DNA from: a virus
Virus record (IMG/VR): IMGVR_UViG_3300032038_004959
Length of the DNA stretch: 59,549 nt
Strand: one strand, 5' to 3'
Shown: in pieces, positions 51,331 to 59,549 of the stretch
Layout of the letters: each line of letters starts with the position of its first letter
Numbering within the stretch: the first letter of the stretch is position 1
The notes under the pieces: generated by a model
Told to the model about the DNA's origin: nothing
Database searches by the model: none
The model's input: the letters and a program-made list of their open reading frames with translations, nothing else
Translations under genes and position numbers: made by a program

Positions 51331-51525
51331 ATGGCACAAGAAGAAAAAAGAGAACAGGTTATTCAGAATATCGCAGATATGCTGAGAACAAATCCATTCA
51401 CATTCGAATTCAAAGTGAAGAAAAATCCGAAAGGCATCAAAGTCATCTACGAGGTCACTCAGGACGAGATGGATGCCATGATGAAGAAAGCCGCAGAGGA
51501 ACATAAAGCGAAGAAAGGGCAGTAA
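51331..51525 (+). CDS. Hypothetical small protein
   Basis: 64-aa ORF, tightly spaced in the plus-strand island. Confidence 0.4.
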   Translation: MAQEEKREQVIQNIADMLRTNPFTFEFKVKKNPKGIKVIYEVTQDEMDAMMKKAAEEHKAKKGQ

Positions 51526-51527
51526 TT

Positions 51528-51695
51528 ATGGCAACACAGAAAGAAAAGCTCATCAAAGCCACATTGATGGCTCAGAGAGTGAAGAATATCGCAAAGAATC
51601 TTCGCAATGCAGCAGATGAATATGGAGTGAGATTCCCTCATGTCTATGCTGAACAGATGGAAGAAATCGCAAATGATTTCCTGGAACTCAAATGA
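51528..51695 (+). CDS. Possible 55-aa ORF (below the track cutoff)
   Basis: Hand translation gives MATQKEKLIKATLMAQRVKNIAKNLRNAADEYGVRFPHVYAEQMEEIANDFLELK*. It starts 2 nt after the previous stop. Confidence 0.3.
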   Translation: MATQKEKLIKATLMAQRVKNIAKNLRNAADEYGVRFPHVYAEQMEEIANDFLELK

Positions 51696-51806
51696 CAATC
51701 AGAAATGGCGTTTCCTGCGATTTTCTCTGTTTGAGGTGATAAAATCCTCATTTCTGAGTCAAAATCGTGGGAAATCGCCGAAAAAATAGTAATTTTGCAG
51801 CATGAA

Positions 51807-52034
51807 ATGAAAGTAGTACATCTTAAATTGAATGAACCTCACGATGGAGAGACTGATTTCTATTTCGGTTCTCTGAAAGCCATCTACGATGCAATCCCTC
51901 AGAAAGAAATCGGGATTGCCTATAAATCGCTTACCAATGCGATACGAGGCAAGAATGAATATCAGAATAAGCGATGCACGATTAAGGTCGGGCAACTCAA
52001 ACAGAAGTCTCAATCTAAATTCAACGCAACATGA
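51807..52034 (+). CDS. Hypothetical protein
   Basis: ATG at 51807 (MKVVHLKL) is preferred over the TTG at 51795. A TAATTTTG box at 51790..51797 would make the mRNA nearly leaderless. Confidence 0.4.
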   Translation: MKVVHLKLNEPHDGETDFYFGSLKAIYDAIPQKEIGIAYKSLTNAIRGKNEYQNKRCTIKVGQLKQKSQSKFNAT

Positions 52035-52861
52035 TAGGAGCTATTATCGGTGATATTGTAGGCAGCACCTACGAATTTCACAACACAAGAGATTATGATT
52101 TCCCCCTCTTTCCTGAGGGTAGTACATTCACGGATGATACCATCTGCACCATAGCGATTGCAGATGCCATCCTGAAAAGCTTCGCCCCTTATCGGGATAG
52201 CCTGATAGAGTGGTGTAGGCGATATCCTGAAAAAGAGGCAATGTTCGGAACGGCTTTCTCAACTTGGTTTAAGAGCGATGACCCTCATCCCTATGAATCA
52301 TTCGCCAATGGAGCCGCCATGCGATGCTCACCTTGCGGATGGGCTGCAAAGAATCGCCTTGATGCTGCATTGGAGGGTGAGGATTCTGCTGGGTGCAGCC
52401 ACAATCATCCTGAGGGATTGAGAGGGGCGAGAACGATATCGGATGCGGTCTATATCCTCAGCAATTATCATTGGAGAAAGGCGAGGGCTATGGTATATGA
52501 CTTGGTCTGCAAGGAATATGGAGATGATTGGGAGGAAAAGATTCCTCAGAGAGGTCAATGGGATGCGACTTGCAGGGGATGCGTTCCTCTCGCATTTCAT
52601 ATCTTCTTTGAATCTGAGAACTTCGAGGATGCTATCAGACTTGCAATATCCTACGGAGGGGATTCCGATACGATGGGAGCCATCGTAGGCTCATTGGCGG
52701 GGGCTTATTATGAAATCCCTGAGCATATCTATTCGGAGGCTCTTGATAGGCTCCCAAAGGAGATGATTGAAATCATCTATACCTTTGCCGAGAAATTTCA
52801 GCCTTGCTGCGAATATAGCTTCTATATCAGAGAAAAGTTCAATATCGGGAATGATAACTAA
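52031..52861 (+). CDS. ADP-ribosylglycohydrolase (ARH/DraG family)
   Basis: 276 aa. N-terminal GAIIGDIVGSTYEF, FTDDT, and C-terminal GGDSDTMGAIVGSLAGAYY are typical ARH metal-binding motifs. Confidence 0.85.
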   Translation: MIGAIIGDIVGSTYEFHNTRDYDFPLFPEGSTFTDDTICTIAIADAILKSFAPYRDSLIEWCRRYPEKEAMFGTAFSTWFKSDDPHPYESFANGAAMRCSPCGWAAKNRLDAALEGEDSAGCSHNHPEGLRGARTISDAVYILSNYHWRKARAMVYDLVCKEYGDDWEEKIPQRGQWDATCRGCVPLAFHIFFESENFEDAIRLAISYGGDSDTMGAIVGSLAGAYYEIPEHIYSEALDRLPKEMIEIIYTFAEKFQPCCEYSFYIREKFNIGNDN

Positions 52862-52868
52862 TTGATGA

Positions 52869-53090
52869 ATGAATATGGAAAAAGACCCTGATTTCAAATC
52901 CCTCCATGCTGACCCTAATATGGAATGGGATGATACCCGAATCTGCCATGACTGCCTGAATCGGGTTCCCTTGGAGGGTAGTGAATGTGATGTATTGGAT
53001 GATGTCGGAGATGTGAATGAAGCAATCAGAAAGAATCAATGCGAATTCTACATCAAAAGACAATCAACAGAGAAAAAGGATGGTAAATGA
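52869..53090 (+). CDS. Hypothetical small Cys-containing protein
   Basis: 73-aa ORF, the last gene of the plus-strand island. Confidence 0.4.
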   Translation: MNMEKDPDFKSLHADPNMEWDDTRICHDCLNRVPLEGSECDVLDDVGDVNEAIRKNQCEFYIKRQSTEKKDGK

Positions 53091-53102
53091 GCCATCCTTT
53101 TT
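53073..53102. terminator. Bidirectional intrinsic terminator between convergent operons
   Basis: AAAAAGGATGG (53073..53083) pairs with CCATCCTTTTT (53092..53102), with an 8-nt loop. A/T tracts on both sides. Confidence 0.6.
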
Positions 53103-53103
53103 C

Positions 53104-55986
53104 TTATGGAACCAATCTGCATCTGATAACGAGATGGTCGTATGTTTGCCAATCTCCCTTTGTCTTTCCCATCGATGATGATAAATATTGCAACTTGGTT
53201 GCTCTGCCTAAAACCACCTCACTCTCAGAGTAGTTATTGGTGAAATAGAGAGGTGTATTTGGTGGAACCTCTATCTGTAATTTGACGGCATAGCTATCAT
53301 AGAATACATTCTGAATCTCATTGGTAGATGCGCTGAGGAAAGCTGGGTCTTGCGACAAATCCTTTCCACTTGATAGCTTGGATAACTGAGATAGCATATT
53401 CTGCTTTGATGACATAGCCGATGAAGGGAATGATATTCCGAATACAGACTTTAACGCACTAAGCTCCACATATCGGGTGATGAGGATAGGGAATGGCAGG
53501 GAGAATCCCGCTATCTTCTTATCGAGAAGTTTGATGGTCTTGATATCATCATCGGTTGCACCATGAGCTTTGAGCATTGATTCGACATTTCCATCCATCT
53601 TTCCCCTGATATCATGAGCACGGAATATTCGGTTGATATAGAAAGAATTTCCCGTCTGAACATATCCGCCTCTGCCTCCATGACCTCCACCGCTCTGCAT
53701 GTGGTTCCAAAGTCGCCTTCTCTCGGTCGGGGTCTCGATTGGATTATTATCATAGAGTTCCCGATGCTGAGTACCCTGCAAATGGATGAATCCCTTATCT
53801 ACCACCACATTACTCGGTGATACCTTTGCACCGATGGATTTCATGTAATCGAGATAATCCTGCTTGGTCTCTGCATCCGATTTCGGAATGAATCCTCCGA
53901 TGCTCTGACCCTTCTTCTGTGCTGCAATCTTAGCGGAACTCCTACGATGAGCCTCCAACTGCTTTACCTTGGCAATCATATCCTTACCCTTTGCACTGAG
54001 TTCATCGATGGTCGTATCATTATTGGCAAATAGGGCATCGAACTCGGCAAGGAGTCTCTGTCCGACCTTTCCATTCGAGTTTTTCAGGACATCAATCTCA
54101 TGCGCAAGGCTATTCTTGACGAACTTCATCTCGATTCTATGCTCAACCAATTCGAGCCGCTTCTTATATGCATCCTGAGATACCTTCCATGTGGCATATT
54201 TGGTTCCCTTGGTTCCCATCCATTGAATCTCATGTTCGAGACCTTTCTTGAGTTTATCCAAGTTGGTATCTGAATCGAAATCCCATGAATAGCGGTTGAA
54301 GAATTCCTGAATCTTTCCATTGACCGTGATGGCATCCTGCATGGAGAATTGCTTGGCAACCTCCAAGGGATTCTCGATATTGGATAGTGCAAGAATCTCA
54401 TTCTTCATCTTTGTGAGGGCATCAATCTGAGCCTTGATGATATTGAGCTTATCATTCTTGATGGCATCCTGAATGGCGGTCATATCGATATCCTTGATTC
54501 CTGATAGCTCATTCCTGATATCAATACCGCTCTCGATGATTCCACGCTTCGCCTGAGCGAGTTTCAGAGCCTCAGAACGCACATCATCCCATCTGCCATG
54601 ATTATAGGCTTCCTGCAAGGCTGAGGTATCGAATCCATCCATTCCCTCGAAATCTTTGAGATATCTCTGAGCCACATCCATAGACTTTGCCCTGAATCTC
54701 GCTTTCTTGGTAATCTCATCAATCTGCTCAGGAGTGCGATTCTCATGTCTGAGCTTCGCTTTTTCGAGGATAGAGAGTTCTTTCGGCTGAGGATTGATAA
54801 TCTCATCGATTGCCTGAGCATTATTGCGGATGAAATACGGCTCTGTGCCTCTCTCACGAGATGCTGCAATATCTTCGGCATGGTCTCTCACCCAGTCCTT
54901 GAAAGCCGCAGGATAATCGGTTATCTGCTTCCCCTTCATCCTCTTTGCATGTTCCGCTCTCCAATCTTTCCCTGCTAAGAAATCCTCTGTCATCTTTGCC
55001 ATAGTATCCTCATCAACGAGGATAGGAGTGCAGAAACAGAAGCATTGAGGATGCCAACCATCAAAGACGAAATCCTTTGGATAGTCACCTTGCAGCTTAT
55101 CGCAGATGTCTTTCTTCGGATGCTTCTTTGAGAGCTGCACCCTCTGACCGAGAACGAAATCCATATCCTGCCATCGGGCATTGTCAGCACGGCGATAGGC
55201 GATATTTGTCTCAGTCCGAGCCACACGCATTGCATTACGAGCAGATGACTTATATACTCCTGCACCTGTCTTGTAGGAATCTCTATCATAGTCAATCCAC
55301 TTATATTTGCCTGTGACCTCATCTTTGATGCGTTTCTTCCATTTCTTGCCATAGACAATCTCTTTCCCTGTGATTTCTCCTGTCTCAGGGTCGATGATGT
55401 CTTTCTCGCCTTTCTTATAGCGGAAACGGCGAAACATATCATCGGGATTGTTCAGGTATTGGCGCACCTTTCGGCTCATTGAGCTTGATGATTCGCCCTC
55501 TCCGATAGATACGGTCATTGCGACCTCCATTTCATCCCTGAGCTGACGAACGGATTTCCAAACCCTATCAGAGAGATTCAGACCATGCTCAGAGCGAGAG
55601 AGGAAAGCATCACGAGCCGCCGTATTCCTGCCCATCCAAGCCGAGAACTCAGGACTTTCGAGGACTTTCTTTCCGAATACGGATTGAACGAGCTTATCGC
55701 ATTCCTGATTGGCTGCATCCCATTCGAGTTTCACTCCCTGCTGAATAGCCATCGTAACGGCAGAATGCAGTCGGCGAAGCAAGACCTCGACCTCTTTCTG
55801 TTTCTTGACACTCTCTCCATCGAAAGAGAACATCACTCCCTCATCGAGTGAGGGCATGGTCTTATTGAGAGCGAGAATATCGTTCACCGTCTTAGCGAAC
55901 AATAATCTCACTTTCTCTGCGTATGCCTCTGTTCGCCTGATTCGGGCGAGAGTTGCAGCCTTTGGGTCTGAGCCTTGCTTTGCCAT
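53104..55986 (-). CDS. MuF/SPP1 gp7-like head morphogenesis protein with a C-terminal ADP-ribosyltransferase toxin domain
   Basis: 960 aa. The MuF core has ARTETNIAYR and WHPQCFCFCTP. The C-terminal roughly 190 aa have FYINRIFR, ITRY (Arg), SAST (STS-like) and SESEVVLGR (ExE), which is the R-S-E ART pattern. Confidence 0.75.
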   Translation of the reverse strand: MAKQGSDPKAATLARIRRTEAYAEKVRLLFAKTVNDILALNKTMPSLDEGVMFSFDGESVKKQKEVEVLLRRLHSAVTMAIQQGVKLEWDAANQECDKLVQSVFGKKVLESPEFSAWMGRNTAARDAFLSRSEHGLNLSDRVWKSVRQLRDEMEVAMTVSIGEGESSSSMSRKVRQYLNNPDDMFRRFRYKKGEKDIIDPETGEITGKEIVYGKKWKKRIKDEVTGKYKWIDYDRDSYKTGAGVYKSSARNAMRVARTETNIAYRRADNARWQDMDFVLGQRVQLSKKHPKKDICDKLQGDYPKDFVFDGWHPQCFCFCTPILVDEDTMAKMTEDFLAGKDWRAEHAKRMKGKQITDYPAAFKDWVRDHAEDIAASRERGTEPYFIRNNAQAIDEIINPQPKELSILEKAKLRHENRTPEQIDEITKKARFRAKSMDVAQRYLKDFEGMDGFDTSALQEAYNHGRWDDVRSEALKLAQAKRGIIESGIDIRNELSGIKDIDMTAIQDAIKNDKLNIIKAQIDALTKMKNEILALSNIENPLEVAKQFSMQDAITVNGKIQEFFNRYSWDFDSDTNLDKLKKGLEHEIQWMGTKGTKYATWKVSQDAYKKRLELVEHRIEMKFVKNSLAHEIDVLKNSNGKVGQRLLAEFDALFANNDTTIDELSAKGKDMIAKVKQLEAHRRSSAKIAAQKKGQSIGGFIPKSDAETKQDYLDYMKSIGAKVSPSNVVVDKGFIHLQGTQHRELYDNNPIETPTERRRLWNHMQSGGGHGGRGGYVQTGNSFYINRIFRAHDIRGKMDGNVESMLKAHGATDDDIKTIKLLDKKIAGFSLPFPILITRYVELSALKSVFGISFPSSAMSSKQNMLSQLSKLSSGKDLSQDPAFLSASTNEIQNVFYDSYAVKLQIEVPPNTPLYFTNNYSESEVVLGRATKLQYLSSSMGKTKGDWQTYDHLVIRCRLVP

Positions 55987-55999
55987 TTATCGTTTTTGC

Positions 56000-57526
56000 T
56001 TATTTTCCTGCGTTCTGAGCCGTTTTCTTTTTCTTCTTAGCATCTTCATCATCCTCGTCATCTTCATCGCCGTCAGAGAAAGATGCAGCACCTCCATCGT
56101 TACCCATATTGAAGATAGCCTCCTGCTGCTTCTGCCTTTCTTCTGCCTCTGCTGCAAGACGCTCAGATTCACGATTCGGGTCTTTGACGATAGGATTGAG
56201 TTCGACTGCACTTTCTGTTGAGAGGATTCCTGCATCGACTGAGCGGATGATATTATTCAGAGCATCCTCGATGTCCTCACCGAATGGCTCTTGGAATTCA
56301 TGCCCGACCTCCAAAGCCTCACATTGAGAGTGCAGGGAAACATCGAGTACATTTCCGATGATAGAGGTGATGAGCGATGATGTGCGGTCGAGCATCTCAT
56401 CATAGGTCTCTTTGCGCTTCGATGCCTTGATGTCTGCAAGCATCATCACCGTGCGGAGAGCCTTTGCTGAAAGCTGAGAGATTGATTTCAGGGTATCGGT
56501 CGTGATATTAGGAGTGAATGTCTTTTGCAGGATTTGAGTCTGCAACCATTCAAGCTCATCTTTCTTTGACTGAGGCGCATTATCCCAAGTGAGATACTTT
56601 GCAGCCTTTTCGACTCCATCCTTATCATTCGTGATGAGCAGCTTTGCAGCCTCTTTCTTCTCAGGCATATTCTTGATAATATCCTGAGCCATGATGGCGA
56701 TTGGGTCAGCGAAATAATCATTCGTATCAGCAGTTCTCGATGCGATGCTTTCCTCACGATGGATGAGGGCTTCCACACCATCCCATTCCTTTTCCTGACG
56801 GAAATAGATAAGAGGGATTTTCCCGATGAAGTTGATTTCCTCTACAACCTCCCATCCGAGAGCTTTCTTCACGCAATGATAGATGGTCTTAGGCGTGAAT
56901 ACATCGAAATGATATGTCGCTCCTTCTTCAGTATCTCTCACATAATATCCCCAAGCGAGAGCAATCAGATTCTCGTATTGGTCGAATCGGGTATAAATCT
57001 CATCTCCCTTTGAGCGAGCGAGAACCCTGAGCTGACAATCAGGCTTGCCCTCATCATCCTTAAATACACGGAAAAGCAATGCAGATTCCGTCTCTGCTCC
57101 TGCGAGACGCTTGCATTGGCGAATCTTGGCATTGAATCGGGTATTCTTGATGAAATCCTGATAAGCCTTGAATGCGTCATCTGTTCCATCTGAGAGCTGC
57201 GTCCATTTCACAGGGCGACCAAAGAGGAATACAAGCGCAATCTCATTGATGAACACAGGATAAGGGATAGGCAGCTTCCAAACAGGCTCTTTCCTGAGGA
57301 ACTTGCCTTTCTTATCGGTGATAATCTTGTCCTCTCGCTTCATAATCTGATGCTCTTTTGTGATATACTCTTTGAGAGCATCCATCACGAATTCAACACG
57401 AGAGACCATTTTCTCCTTGACTGCGGAAATATCCTTTGCAGCCAACAATTGCTCGAACTCTTGATTTCTTCCGACCAAGGCGTTCACGTAGTTACGAAAC
57501 AAATCTACCAAAAACATAATCTTCAA
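56000..57526 (-). CDS. Portal protein
   Basis: 508-aa ORF between terL and the MuF-like gene, with an acidic/basic C-terminal tail. Size and order are typical of SPP1-type portals. Confidence 0.75.
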   Translation of the reverse strand: MKIMFLVDLFRNYVNALVGRNQEFEQLLAAKDISAVKEKMVSRVEFVMDALKEYITKEHQIMKREDKIITDKKGKFLRKEPVWKLPIPYPVFINEIALVFLFGRPVKWTQLSDGTDDAFKAYQDFIKNTRFNAKIRQCKRLAGAETESALLFRVFKDDEGKPDCQLRVLARSKGDEIYTRFDQYENLIALAWGYYVRDTEEGATYHFDVFTPKTIYHCVKKALGWEVVEEINFIGKIPLIYFRQEKEWDGVEALIHREESIASRTADTNDYFADPIAIMAQDIIKNMPEKKEAAKLLITNDKDGVEKAAKYLTWDNAPQSKKDELEWLQTQILQKTFTPNITTDTLKSISQLSAKALRTVMMLADIKASKRKETYDEMLDRTSSLITSIIGNVLDVSLHSQCEALEVGHEFQEPFGEDIEDALNNIIRSVDAGILSTESAVELNPIVKDPNRESERLAAEAEERQKQQEAIFNMGNDGGAASFSDGDEDDEDDEDAKKKKKTAQNAGK

Positions 57527-57535
57527 TTTTTAAGT

Positions 57536-59017
57536 TTATAATCCGAACATTGACTTATCGATATTTTCGTAGTCAGTATCATCATCTTCTTCGTAGAGGT
57601 CATTTATCGCATATCCGAGAATATCCACGAATTCATCATGTTCCATTGCAGGGAATCCGCATACCTCATCGAGGAAATCATCATTCCAAGAGCCATCAAC
57701 GAGAAAGACACGACCGCATTCAACACGAGGCGATACTACCCTAAACCGAGTTTCCTTTGAATCGACAGGAGTAGGAGTCTCTTTCACATTGAGCGAGGAT
57801 ATTGCTTTGAGCATCTGAACTACGCTCTCGCCATTGGCTTTCGGCTCAACGTGCAGCTTACTCTCTGCATTTCCCTCATGCGCTGCCATATACTCAGGCA
57901 GGAATCGAAGCAAATCAGGCATCTCTTTCCATACTTTCTGAGCATTGTAGATATAGACATATCTGCCTATCCTGCAAGCTGCCAAAATGCCCGATGGGTC
58001 ATTTCCTGTCGGCTTTTTCTTGCCGTATGCAGTATCGAGATAGAAGTGCATCGGCTCATTGAACCTGAGCGACTTGAACTCTGCGAGAGAGATATGCTGA
58101 AACCAATCCCTTTTCACGATATTACCGCCCTCGATGACAGGATGCTGCTGATACAGAGCTGAGAACTCACGAGGTGAGCGATTTTTCTGCTTGATGAGCT
58201 TCTGCACGGAGTGATGCGATGCCCAAAGAGCCTCTCCGACCTTTCGATTACTCAATCCTCCGTCATTCTCTTTCTCGCAGATGGCAGGGATAGCGAGAAC
58301 TTTCCATTCATCTGCCTCTGCTTTCAGGATGCGCCCTGCAAGGTCATCCTCATGCCATCGAGTCATAATAAAGAGCTGTCTCGAATGATTGTGCAATCGG
58401 GTAGTGAGGACGGTATTATACCACTCCCAAACCTTTTGCCGATAGGTCAGCGAATAGGCTTCTGCTGCATCTTTCACAGGGTCATCGATAATCGCTATAT
58501 CGACAGGCGTACCTGTCAGAGGACCACCGACACCGACTGCCTTATAGAATCCACGATGCCCGACCGTTTCAAAGAAATCTACATTCTTGATATAGGTTCG
58601 AGGGTCATTCTTCGCTTTCAGAGAAGTACTGAGATAGGTATCAGGGAAGATTTCTTGATACTCAGGACTCTCAATGATACGCTGCACAGAGCGAGAGAAT
58701 TGCTCTGACAGGTCGGCAGCATACGAGCAGGATGCAATCTTCAAATCAGGGTCTCGACCTAACGCCCAGGCAGGGAAGTTACGAGAGATGATTTCAGATT
58801 TGCCGTGCTGAGGTGGAACGAACACCATCAAGTTCTTTATCTTGCCCTCCAAAAGCATCTGACAATGCTCTGCGATGACACGATGAAACCACTCCAACTC
58901 ATACTTGGGATTGCTATAACCGAGGAAATGCGAGAATGAGGCTGGTGCTTCGAGTTTGAGTCTCATCTGCATCAACCGCATTAGCTTCTGTTGTCTCTCG
59001 ATTTCCGTCAGTTTCAT
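57536..59017 (-). CDS. terL: Terminase large subunit
   Basis: 493 aa. Walker A-like PPQHGKS, plus IIDDP and TRWHEDDLAGR motifs typical of TerL ATPase domains. Confidence 0.9.
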   Translation of the reverse strand: MKLTEIERQQKLMRLMQMRLKLEAPASFSHFLGYSNPKYELEWFHRVIAEHCQMLLEGKIKNLMVFVPPQHGKSEIISRNFPAWALGRDPDLKIASCSYAADLSEQFSRSVQRIIESPEYQEIFPDTYLSTSLKAKNDPRTYIKNVDFFETVGHRGFYKAVGVGGPLTGTPVDIAIIDDPVKDAAEAYSLTYRQKVWEWYNTVLTTRLHNHSRQLFIMTRWHEDDLAGRILKAEADEWKVLAIPAICEKENDGGLSNRKVGEALWASHHSVQKLIKQKNRSPREFSALYQQHPVIEGGNIVKRDWFQHISLAEFKSLRFNEPMHFYLDTAYGKKKPTGNDPSGILAACRIGRYVYIYNAQKVWKEMPDLLRFLPEYMAAHEGNAESKLHVEPKANGESVVQMLKAISSLNVKETPTPVDSKETRFRVVSPRVECGRVFLVDGSWNDDFLDEVCGFPAMEHDEFVDILGYAINDLYEEDDDTDYENIDKSMFGL

Positions 59018-59523
59018 TCTTTGGTCTCAAGTTTGCTGAGTCTCTCGATTTCTTTGTTTATTTCATCAATTGTCATCTCTTTCTCGCCCGATGGTTTCAG
59101 AGTGATGTCGCTCTTTTGGCGGTTCTGATAATGCTCAGGGTCGAGATTGGTGAGCAGGAATATCGCAGCTCCCACATTAGGCTGAATGACGATTTTCTTC
59201 TTTACCATCTTCGTGATGGTCGGCTTGTCGGGATTCTTGGGATTGGGTCGATATTCAGTTGTCGTTTCCTCATGCTCGCTGCCCTTTGCCACCTTAGCGA
59301 GTGTCTCATGCAGGTCGTGAGCGAGAGAGAGCCTGAATGCCTCCCTGCCTTTCTCGATAGCCTTTTTGAAGTCATCCTCTTCATTCAGCCAACGGCGATA
59401 GGTCTTATCGTTGATGCCGAGTTCCTTGCAGAAGTCTTGCAACTGCGCCCCTCCGTATTCGATGAGACCATGCTTGCTTATCCATTCCTCCGCTCGCTGA
59501 AATAGTGATGCTGATTTCTTCAT
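59014..59523 (-). CDS. terS: Terminase small subunit candidate
   Basis: 169-aa ORF overlapping the terL start by 4 nt, with an HTH-like N-terminus. Its first 101 nt are duplicated at 1..101 by the closure repeat. Confidence 0.6.
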   Translation of the reverse strand: MKKSASLFQRAEEWISKHGLIEYGGAQLQDFCKELGINDKTYRRWLNEEDDFKKAIEKGREAFRLSLAHDLHETLAKVAKGSEHEETTTEYRPNPKNPDKPTITKMVKKKIVIQPNVGAAIFLLTNLDPEHYQNRQKSDITLKPSGEKEMTIDEINKEIERLSKLETKE

Positions 59524-59549
59524 GTCTGCAAATCGATTAGTTTATAGAA
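59423..59549. repeat. Terminal direct repeat identical to 1..127
   Basis: Read directly; see feature 1..127. Confidence 0.9.

Noticed and set aside
59423-59549. The 127-bp end repeat as a genuine direct terminal repeat or cos region.
   Set aside because: It starts and stops within coding sequence. Its length equals a commonly used maximum de Bruijn k-mer, which fits an assembler closure artefact. The real packaging ends cannot be deduced from this sequence.

Overview
The window is a complete, circularly closed phage genome. Bases 1..127 are identical to 59423..59549, giving about 59,422 bp of unique sequence. It looks like a temperate siphovirus-type phage of a Bacteroidota host. Supporting this are TAnnTTTG -7 boxes, a Bacteroidetes-style tyrosine integrase, and an integrase plus CI/Cro-like switch. 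Nearly all genes are on the minus strand, in this order going down in coordinate:
- lysogeny switch (19.3-21 kb) and integrase with putative attP (21.1-22.7 kb)
- early replication/recombination module (19.3 down to 4 kb): HTH proteins, two HNH homing endonucleases flanking a Rad50/SbcC-like ATPase, RecT, MBL-fold hydrolase, replication initiator, DnaC-like loader, SNF2 helicase-DNA methyltransferase fusion, SSB, VRR-NUC
- 7-deazaguanine DNA-modification operon (folE-queE-queD-queC-dpdA plus a ParB-like gene)
- across the circular junction: terS, terL, portal, MuF-like head protein with a C-terminal ADP-ribosyltransferase domain
- a plus-strand accessory island (49.9-53.1 kb) with an ArdC-N/MutS-domain-I fusion and an ADP-ribosylglycohydrolase
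- scaffold, capsid, connectors, tail tube, G/GT chaperone with a -1 frameshift, one tRNA(CAT), tape measure, tail tip genes, then the lysis cassette.

The main finding is a diversity-generating retroelement (DGR) in the tail module. It has a reverse transcriptase (28512..29990) and a 113-bp template repeat (30201..30313). There are two adenine-mutated variable repeats. One is at the C-terminus of a 2620-aa tail fibre-like protein. The other is about 17 kb away, in a 192-aa protein inside the early/replication operon. No Avd-like ORF is visible, and the RT has a C-terminal extension of about 165 aa. Two short motif families also recur at gene starts and promoter regions. All functional calls come from reading motifs by eye in the translations; no database search was run.
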